Origin: a virus
DNA: 64,000 nt
Direction: 5' to 3' (one strand)
IMG/VR virus record: IMGVR_UViG_3300023184_000086
Coordinates: 1-64,000 of that record
Shown one piece after another: positions 57,201 to 64,000 of this stretch. Under the pieces are notes generated by a model. That model was not told the origin of the DNA. It did no database searches and was given only the letters and a program-made list of their open reading frames with translations. Each line of letters begins with the position of its first letter. The stretch's first letter is position 1. Both the position numbers and the translations under genes were made by a program.

Positions 57201-60200
57201 GTTAATACTTGTTGACCATTTTGATATAAGGAGCCACCGAGATACAAATCGCCGCCAATACCAACTCCGCCACGTACTGTTAATGCACCAGTAGATGTGC
57301 TGATAGAAGAAGTAGTGTTAGTTAATATTATACCACCAGTTTTGAATATTCCATATTCAGTTCCAGTAAATATGCCACCTATCTCAGTACCATTAGAATA
57401 CCATTCTAAATATCCCGAATCGTTGGCTAACCCTAAGAACGCATCTTTATCTTGGCTATTTTTATAATAGTGAAAAATGTAGCCAATATCTTTACCATCA
57501 TCTACTGTCCAAGTATGATCTGTAGTTGTACTATAATCTCTAGGTGTATGTATATTGATTAAGTTATCAGTATAGGACGTATTTGTAGAATATACATAAG
57601 TAGATGTACCGGCAAAAGTTACATTATTCAAGAACAATGCTTCGCCGGTGACCATTAATGATTTGCCAATGCCTAATCCACCTGCTATGTAAACAGCATT
57701 TTCTGTTACAGTTGCGGTGCTTGATAATGTGTTAGAAAATACAAATGTGCTAGATGTTGTGGTAGTTAGACCTTGTATACCTTGAGCGCCAGTAGCACCA
57801 GTAGCACCCCTCGGACCTTGACCACCTTGAATAGATTTTTCAAGGGCAACATAATCAATCCAGGTTCTATGTGCAGTATTACCAAAACTAACGTGATAAA
57901 TTCTAACCCAAACTTTTCCACCTGAAATATATGGTTGATCATCAATAACACCTTCGATGAATTGGAACCAACCAGTAGATCCAGAATATGAAGAAAATGT
58001 ATCCCAACTTAATGTTGTCCAATTGTATAAATCAATTTGTTGGGTATGCCCTGAATTTTGAGTATAGTTAATATTCAACACCATACGGTTAAAATCAACA
58101 ATACCAGTAAATCCTATATAGGTAATTGCTCCTGGGATAGTTGCTGCATCATGAATACTATAAAATCCAGTATTAGTTGCAGTATTATAGTCATTGAAAG
58201 TTGAAATATCAGCAGCACTACCGAAATCATATGTTCCATAAATTGTACTTGTTCCGGCAACTGCTATCAATCCAGTAACTACCCCGGGATTATTTGTAAT
58301 ATATGCTGCTGTATACGTAATTGTTTCTAAATCTGCTGCCGTTAGTATTTTTGCCCCATTTATGTAACTGGTATTTGCTACATTTAAAGTGCCACCAATA
58401 CCCACTCCGCCGTCAACTACTAATGCACCAGTAGTTGTCGATGTTGAAATTGTTGTATTAGTAATACGTACAGCATTAGTAGTAGTAGAACCTCTATTGG
58501 TAATAGTTTGTAATGTGCTAGTATTCCAAATTGTAATATTACCGGTGCTGGTGTTAATTGCTGTATCAGTACCTGCTGTAATTATTGTAGGAGTTACATA
58601 AGAAGTAATAGAAGATGTGGTAATTACCAACGATCCGTTAATATTAACATCACCACCAACAAATAAATTGCCGCCAATACCAACACCACCTGCTACTTGT
58701 AATGCACCTGAAGTAGTTGAAATTGCACTAGTTGTGTTGGTTATTAAAATTGTATTAGTAGTTGAATTACCTCTGCCAGTTACTGATTCTAATGTGCTGG
58801 TATTCCAAATAGTAATATTACCGGTGCTAGTATTAATTGATGTATCTGTGCCTGCTACAATTGTAGTCTGATTAGCAAATTGATTAACACTGGCAGTAGT
58901 TAATACTTGTTGACCATTTTGATACAAGGCCCCACCAATATATAAGTCACCACCAATACCAGCGCCGCCTGCGATTTGTAAAGCACCAGAATAGGTGTTA
59001 CTAGCATTAGTAGTATTATATGTTTGAATTACATCATCTGTTTTAATTAATGTAGTGGTAATTGTTGTATATTGAATAGTTAATTTTTGTGCAACTATTT
59101 CGCCACCAACAAATAAATTGCCGCCAATACCAATACCACCTGCTACTTGTAATGCACCTGAAGTAGTTGAAATTGCACTGGCTGTATTAGTAATTAAAAT
59201 TGTATTGGTAGTTGAATTTCCTCTGCCAGTAACTGATTCTAATGTGCTGGTATTCCAAATAGTGACATTACCAATTAATGATGATACAGCAGTATCAGTA
59301 CCCGCAGCAATTGATGTTACTGCTGAATTAGAAATAGATGAAGTAGTAATTACCAACGCACCATCAACAGTTAATGATCCACCTACATATAAATTTCTTC
59401 CAATACCAACACCACCTGTAATCGTTAATGCACCTGTATTGGTTGATGTTGAATTTGTAGTATCAGTAATTGATATAGCATTAGTTGTTGTATTTCCTCT
59501 ATCAGTAACTGATTGTAGTGTGCTGGTATTCCAAACAGTAATAGCACCAGTGCTGCTGCTTATTGCAGTATCAGTTCCAGCAGTTATAGTTGTAGCAACA
59601 ACACGTTGATCACCAGAGAATATTCCCCCACCAACATATAAATCGCCACCGATGCCAGCACCACCTGCTACTTGTAATGCACCTGAAGTAGTTGAAATTG
59701 CACTAGTTGTGTTGGTTATTAAAATTGTATTAGTAGTTGAATTTCCTCTGCCAGTAACTGATTCTAATGTGCTGGTGTTCCAAACAGTAAGTTCACCGGT
59801 GCTGGTACTTACTGCTGTATCAGTACCTGCTCTAATTAATGTTGCTGCTAACTTACTAATAGTTGCAGTAGTAACTACCAATGCACCGCCTACAATAGCA
59901 CCAGTAACATTTAAGTCACCACCAATAAAAACATTACCACCAATACCAACACCACCACCTACTTGTAACGCACCTGAAGTAGTTGAAATTGCACTAGTTG
60001 TGTTGGTTATTAAAATTGTATTAGTAGTTGAATTTCCTCTGCCAGTAACTGATTCTAATGTGCTGGTGTTCCAAATAGTAATGCTACCAGTACTAGTATT
60101 AATTGATGTATCTGTACCTGCTACAATTGTAGTCTGATTAGCAAATTGATTAACACTGGCAGTCGTTAATACTTCAGCGCCATTAATGAATATACGTTCA

Positions 60201-62272
60201 CCAACGTTTACTGTACCACCAATACCAGCGCCACCTGCTACTACTAATGCACCAGTAGTAGTTGACGTTGATGCATCAGTGCTCAATATCAATACGGCGT
60301 TGGTGGTGCTGCTGCCCCTATCAGTTACTGTTTGTAATGTACTAGTATTCCAAATCGTAATACTACCGATACTTCCAGATATTGCGGTGTCAGTGCCTGC
60401 CGTGATCGAAGTTACCGCAGATGAACTAATAGAAGCAGTGGTAACTACTAATGAACCATTTACGTTTAAATTCCCACCAATATTAACATTGCCGCCAATA
60501 CCAACCCCGCCTACCACAATCAACGCACCAGTGTCAGTCGATGTGCTAGGAGTAGCATTAAATGTTTTGATTATATCATCAGTTTCAACTATAGTAGTAG
60601 TTATAGTGGTATATTCAATGGTTAACTTTTGAGCAACTATTTCTCCGCCAACAAATAGATCGCCGCCAATACCAACACCACCTGCTACTTGTAACGCACC
60701 TGAATCAGTTGAAATTGCACTAGTTGTGTTGGTTATTAAAATTGTATTAGTAGTTGAATTACCTCTGCCAGTTACTGATTCTAATGTGCTGGTATTCCAA
60801 ATAGTAATATTACCGGTGCTGGTATTAATAGCAGTATCAGTACCGGCTGTTATAATCGTGGCAAATATCTGTTTATCGTTATTAAATAAATTACCTCCAA
60901 CTACTAAATTACCACCAATACCAACACTACCAACTACTTGTAACGCACCGGAATTAGTTGAAATTGTATAGGAAGTATCGGTAATTATTATAGCATTAGT
61001 AGTTGAATTGCCCCTATCAGTAACTGATTGTAATGTGCTAGTATTCCAAATGGTAATATTACCGGTACTGGTGCTTATTGCAGTATCAGTGCCCGCATTT
61101 ATACTTGTTTGATTTGCGTATTGATTGATAGTAGCAGTAGATAATATCTGCTGGTCATTTTGATATAATATGCCACCAACATATAAATCACCACCAACGC
61201 CAACACCACCTGATATAGTCAACGCACCCGAAGTGGTTGAAATTGCACTAGTTGTATTAGTAATTGATATAGCATTGGTTGTTGAATTACCCCTATCGCT
61301 TACAGTTTGTAGTGTGCTGGTATTCCATATCGTGATAGTTCCAGTATTGCTACTTACTGCGGTATCAGTACCAGCCGTTAAAGTTTGTACACCTAGATTA
61401 ATTATTGTAAAACTAGTTGAAGTCCCAGTTGATATTAAATCATCGATACCAATATACATTGACCCGGATGGAGTTACATTTGTAACTACTCTATTACCCA
61501 GGTCATAAATTTGATTTGCATATAATGCACCACCAACTCCTGCACCACCTATTACTTGTAATGCTCCCGAATCAGTTGAAGTTGCATCAGTTGTATTAGT
61601 AATTAAAATTATGTTAGTAGTTGAATTACCTCTGCCAGTTACTGATTCTAATGTGCTGGTATTCCAAATAGTAACTGCACCGGTGCTAGTACTAACTGCT
61701 GTATCGGTTCCAGCAGTAATTATAGTTACTGCTGATCCTGATATTGAAGCAGTTGTAAGTACCAATGCACCATTAACAGTTAATGTACCGCCGACAAATA
61801 AATCTCTTCCAATACCGATACCACCATTAACAATTAAAGCACCTGTATTAGTTGATGTTGAATTTGTAGTTGTACTAATTAATAATATTCGATTAATAAC
61901 AGATACACCTAATATACTGTTTAATCCGCTTTGTGTAGTTAAAACTTCAGCATTATTAAAATATGCTTTACCAGCAACATTTAAATATCCACCAATGGTA
62001 ACGCCACCAGATACCTGTAATGCATTACTAGAGGTAAATCCAAAATTTGATAAAGTAGATAATATGTTAACTGTTTCTGTATTAGCAGTTATTATATTCG
62101 ACCAAGTGCGTATTGCAGTTGAAGTTGAGCCAGTTAATAAACTACCTTCTAGAAAAGGTAATCCCAAATCTGGTTCTGCTTGGCTTGAATCTAGATATTC
62201 GTAGCGATCAACGGTGAGATTACCACCGCTTAATTTTTTTATCTTACCACTGAATAATCTACTTTTACTCAT
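54245..62272 (-). CDS. Giant (2675 aa) tail fibre with shaft repeats and collagen-like segments
   Basis: Many AGTDTA.....G.ITIWNTSTL..VT.RGNSTTN.I.IT.T....ST.SGALQV.GG.GIGG units; GYTGS triplet repeats. Confidence 0.88.
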   Translation of the reverse strand: MSKSRLFSGKIKKLSGGNLTVDRYEYLDSSQAEPDLGLPFLEGSLLTGSTSTAIRTWSNIITANTETVNILSTLSNFGFTSSNALQVSGGVTIGGYLNVAGKAYFNNAEVLTTQSGLNSILGVSVINRILLISTTTNSTSTNTGALIVNGGIGIGRDLFVGGTLTVNGALVLTTASISGSAVTIITAGTDTAVSTSTGAVTIWNTSTLESVTGRGNSTTNIILITNTTDATSTDSGALQVIGGAGVGGALYANQIYDLGNRVVTNVTPSGSMYIGIDDLISTGTSTSFTIINLGVQTLTAGTDTAVSSNTGTITIWNTSTLQTVSDRGNSTTNAISITNTTSAISTTSGALTISGGVGVGGDLYVGGILYQNDQQILSTATINQYANQTSINAGTDTAISTSTGNITIWNTSTLQSVTDRGNSTTNAIIITDTSYTISTNSGALQVVGSVGIGGNLVVGGNLFNNDKQIFATIITAGTDTAINTSTGNITIWNTSTLESVTGRGNSTTNTILITNTTSAISTDSGALQVAGGVGIGGDLFVGGEIVAQKLTIEYTTITTTIVETDDIIKTFNATPSTSTDTGALIVVGGVGIGGNVNIGGNLNVNGSLVVTTASISSSAVTSITAGTDTAISGSIGSITIWNTSTLQTVTDRGSSTTNAVLILSTDASTSTTTGALVVAGGAGIGGTVNVGERIFINGAEVLTTASVNQFANQTTIVAGTDTSINTSTGSITIWNTSTLESVTGRGNSTTNTILITNTTSAISTTSGALQVGGGVGIGGNVFIGGDLNVTGAIVGGALVVTTATISKLAATLIRAGTDTAVSTSTGELTVWNTSTLESVTGRGNSTTNTILITNTTSAISTTSGALQVAGGAGIGGDLYVGGGIFSGDQRVVATTITAGTDTAISSSTGAITVWNTSTLQSVTDRGNTTTNAISITDTTNSTSTNTGALTITGGVGIGRNLYVGGSLTVDGALVITTSSISNSAVTSIAAGTDTAVSSLIGNVTIWNTSTLESVTGRGNSTTNTILITNTASAISTTSGALQVAGGIGIGGNLFVGGEIVAQKLTIQYTTITTTLIKTDDVIQTYNTTNASNTYSGALQIAGGAGIGGDLYIGGALYQNGQQVLTTASVNQFANQTTIVAGTDTSINTSTGNITIWNTSTLESVTGRGNSTTNTILITNTTSAISTTSGALQVAGGVGIGGNLFVGGDVNINGSLVITTSSITSYVTPTIITAGTDTAINTSTGNITIWNTSTLQTITNRGSTTTNAVRITNTTISTSTTTGALVVDGGVGIGGTLNVANTSYINGAKILTAADLETITYTAAYITNNPGVVTGLIAVAGTSTIYGTYDFGSAADISTFNDYNTATNTGFYSIHDAATIPGAITYIGFTGIVDFNRMVLNINYTQNSGHTQQIDLYNWTTLSWDTFSSYSGSTGWFQFIEGVIDDQPYISGGKVWVRIYHVSFGNTAHRTWIDYVALEKSIQGGQGPRGATGATGAQGIQGLTTTTSSTFVFSNTLSSTATVTENAVYIAGGLGIGKSLMVTGEALFLNNVTFAGTSTYVYSTNTSYTDNLINIHTPRDYSTTTDHTWTVDDGKDIGYIFHYYKNSQDKDAFLGLANDSGYLEWYSNGTEIGGIFTGTEYGIFKTGGIILTNTTSSISTSTGALTVRGGVGIGGDLYLGGSLYQNGQQVLTTASVNQYANQTAIYAGTDTAVSANSGTQIYIWNTSTLQSITDRGNSTTNTILITNTLNATSTNSGALQIVGGVGIGGNLVVGGIITATTFVGTFTGLASTASYAVTSTNVVVSTASNNANYYVTFVSTSSGQLGIISDAGSNFTYNPGTSVLRIAGETTATSTTTGALQVVGGVGIGGNLVVGNTATITSKVNATSTNTGALQVAGGVGIGGNLFVGGTFTATAVFINGQSVGLGYTGSTGTQGIQGDKGWTGSAGYTGSASTATGYTGSKGDTGPEGVSVNLVGSTSTATSGAFNAIDPIPKKGDGIIVTFNGHLWTYTTTTAAGNIVGFTDSGPFVGYTGSKGADGAGFTGSTGTQGIQGWTGSAGYTGSTGTQGYTGSTGTGYTGSASTASGYTGSQGYTGSRGGFDATQVISTQTGTSYTLALTDAGYLINFSNAAGTTVTIPADSSVNFNIGQRVDLEQYNVGPVVVSPSVGVTLHSTDSPILTNQYSIGTLIKIGANEWTFAGPATSAAGYQGSVGYTGSTGTLGYSGSRGGFDATQVISTQTGTSYTLALADAGVLINFSNAAGTTVTVPADSSVNFNIGQRIDLEQYNVGPVVVSPGAGVTLHSTDSPILTNQYSIGTLIKIGANEWTFAGPSATAAGYQGSAGYTGSTGTIGYTGSRGGFEATQVISTQTGTAYTLVLTDAGYLINFINSVGTTVAIPLDSSVNFNVGQRIDLTQGNTGPVIVSPVSGVTLHSSDSPILTNQYSIGTLIKIGVNEWTFAGPATYTAGYAGSQGYWGSVGYTGSTGTQGISGYTGSTGTQGVIGFTGSTGTQGESGYWGSVGYTGSASTATGYTGSYSTATTTPFSVLNTTTGGSTTTGALIVQGGVGIGGSVYIGNNLYVSNGSQVIPTTIQEFTATSGQTIFTPSSAYTVGTVQVFANGVALGNGDFTASNGTTIVLYQGRTTGDIIRVIAGVSSTGVNNIKAFSIAMSVAMGG
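54890..55990 (-). repeat. Three tandem copies of a 360-bp domain module
   Basis: GGF(D/E)ATQVISTQTGT.YTL.L.DAG...PILTNQYSIGTLIKIG.NEWTFAG x3, near-identical DNA. Confidence 0.9.
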
Positions 62273-62600
62273 TGCTGGTTTCTAATATGCTTAAAACTAA
62301 GTTAACACTGTTGTTTGCACCAGCACTAGCAGTAATAGATGCACCACTTTCAATTACTAATTTTCCCGTAGTAACTTCGCAAGCATCATTAACTGGGATT
62401 TCAAAATCTTTAAGCATAACGAAATCAGTGGCATTTTTTACCAAAGTAAATTTTACAGTAACAGGAACTGCTCCAATATTAGTAGCCTGTGCACCGAGAA
62501 CAATAGTGGTAACAAGTTCAGGCGTGGTATAGATAGTTTGAGTACTAGTAGTTAATTCAAATGCTTTAGTTTTAAACGAGTTTAAGGGTAGTGTTGCCAT
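62265..62600 (-). CDS. Small virion-associated beta-sandwich protein
   Basis: N.FKT...IYT.P...GKLVIESG.SI...LSILE; coupled to fibre gene. Confidence 0.75.
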   Translation of the reverse strand: MATLPLNSFKTKAFELTTSTQTIYTTPELVTTIVLGAQATNIGAVPVTVKFTLVKNATDFVMLKDFEIPVNDACEVTTGKLVIESGASITASAGANNSVNLVLSILETSNE

Positions 62601-62608
62601 ATGTTATG

Positions 62609-64000
62609 TTATCCTCCGATTGCCAAAATATAAGGTGTCATAACCGCAAATAAACTTTTTGTAAATGTTCTTCCAGAAATTGTTCCTATACTGTTATTTA
62701 TAACCAAGTCATTTCCAATTCTAAAATCTCCCTGTTGGTCTGTACCTGTAAAATAAACTTTCCCGCCATTAATAGACACTGCTTGATGATCATTTAATGG
62801 TTCTCCTCCCAAGTAAGGCAATGCAGAGTTGATATTTGTACCTGCTCCGATCCATTCAAAATTATGTGCAGAACTTTGTATTTGACTATATTGATGGAAA
62901 GTTACAACTGTATTATCATTGATGGAAGATAGAACCGATGATTGTAATACAATAGTACTTGAATAATCGTTTTCTACTATATTAGAAACTATATCTACCA
63001 ATGATTGTGCTCTTGCAGATTCAGCCGGGGTAGCAGCAGGATAAGATATAACTTGAGATAATCCACTTACTAAAGGTGATACAATTGTATTAACTACTAC
63101 CTCGTCAATGATATCTTTAATGTATTCATATGCAGCAATAGTGGCTAATTTTTCGTTATTTGAAATCTGTAATACAGTTCCGTTATAATATGCATCAGCA
63201 GTCTTAGCAGTTTGACTATTGCCACCATACAATAAATCGTAACTCACAGCATCTATAATATATCCCACATCTCGCTTACATGTTGCTGTACTATAAACTA
63301 GTCCAACATAACTTGTATTAACATATGCAATAGTTTCTGCTTGTATAAATGCTCTATTGGCTAATAATAAATTAAATGCGTTTAGTACATTTGTAGTAGT
63401 ATTTGGTGTAAGAGAAATAGGTATTCTAGATGGAGCAACACTTGGACCATACTTAATAATATTTGTGATCGTAGATATTTTACTATTAATTAATCCAACT
63501 TCTACATTAGTAGCAGTATTGATACTTACTGTTTGTGTAACAGTAGATTGATAGGTGCCTGTTATTAAATTACCTTTAATAATATTTGCAGAAATATCTC
63601 TAATAAAGTTGTAAGCAGCGGTAGTTTGTGGGATTTCGTTAGCGATTACTGTAGAAGTACTGTCAAAACCATAATAATAAACGCCGCTCATTATACTTTG
63701 TCTATTACCACCATGCAAAAGATCAAATGCCACACTATCAACAATATATCCTACATCTCTATAACAAGTTGATGTATTGTAAGTAAAATCTGGATAATTA
63801 CTATCAATCCAAGAAACTGTATTACCTTGGATTGTAGATTTGTTGGCAATAATATCATTATAAGCAGCAACAATATATGTATCTGTACTAATAGCACCAT
63901 TAGGAACAATTAAATCACTAACACCAGCAGTACCTGAATTTAGAATAGTTAATAGTGTATTAAAATTATCAGTAACTGAAGTAGTAGCAGGTACTCCGCC
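62609..64000 (-). CDS. Large structural protein, C-terminal part (starts beyond window)
   Basis: Frame is open from 64000; repeats TC.RDVGYI.D.V..DLL.GGN.Q; C-terminal GKVYFTGTDQQGDFRIG. Confidence 0.85.
   Translation of the reverse strand, partial: GGVPATTSVTDNFNTLLTILNSGTAGVSDLIVPNGAISTDTYIVAAYNDIIANKSTIQGNTVSWIDSNYPDFTYNTSTCYRDVGYIVDSVAFDLLHGGNRQSIMSGVYYYGFDSTSTVIANEIPQTTAAYNFIRDISANIIKGNLITGTYQSTVTQTVSINTATNVEVGLINSKISTITNIIKYGPSVAPSRIPISLTPNTTTNVLNAFNLLLANRAFIQAETIAYVNTSYVGLVYSTATCKRDVGYIIDAVSYDLLYGGNSQTAKTADAYYNGTVLQISNNEKLATIAAYEYIKDIIDEVVVNTIVSPLVSGLSQVISYPAATPAESARAQSLVDIVSNIVENDYSSTIVLQSSVLSSINDNTVVTFHQYSQIQSSAHNFEWIGAGTNINSALPYLGGEPLNDHQAVSINGGKVYFTGTDQQGDFRIGNDLVINNSIGTISGRTFTKSLFAVMTPYILAIGG

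Noticed and set aside
33386-63551. Many plus-strand and off-frame ORFs over the fibre genes
   Set aside because: Antisense products of repetitive Gly/Thr codons with no RBS or independent signal
1-64000. Stop-codon reassignment
   Set aside because: Long genes are intact and coding density is high under the standard code

Overview
AT-rich segment of a large (jumbo-type) tailed dsDNA phage, almost entirely coded on the minus strand in the standard genetic code. A Burkholderiales-type porin, a Bug/TctC solute-binding protein and a short rubrerythrin point to a betaproteobacterial, probably freshwater, host (inference). Layout: (1-9 kb) host-envelope and stress accessory genes: porin, a three-gene exported module with an Asn/Thr-rich amyloid-like repeat protein, rubrerythrin plus rubredoxin behind OxyR-like boxes, and a circularly permuted two-piece tmRNA gene; (9-18 kb) CHAP peptidase, glutaredoxin, class Ia nrdA/nrdB, PD-(D/E)XK exonuclease; (18-22 kb) probable head/core proteins; (22.5-23.7 kb) a plus-strand island of small amphipathic, phasin-like genes; (23.7-33 kb) a modification cluster with methyltransferases, a 2OG-Fe(II) hydroxylase, sulfotransferase-like proteins, Bug/TctC, a secreted NucA nuclease and a four-domain glycosyltransferase; (33-64 kb) very large Gly/Thr/Ser-rich tail-fibre and baseplate-type genes with internal and inter-gene duplications. 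Best-supported novelty: the permuted tmRNA (G3-U70 acceptor stem, 85-nt intervening segment, tag ANDSLYSMAA). Family assignments come from motif recognition by eye; no database search was run.
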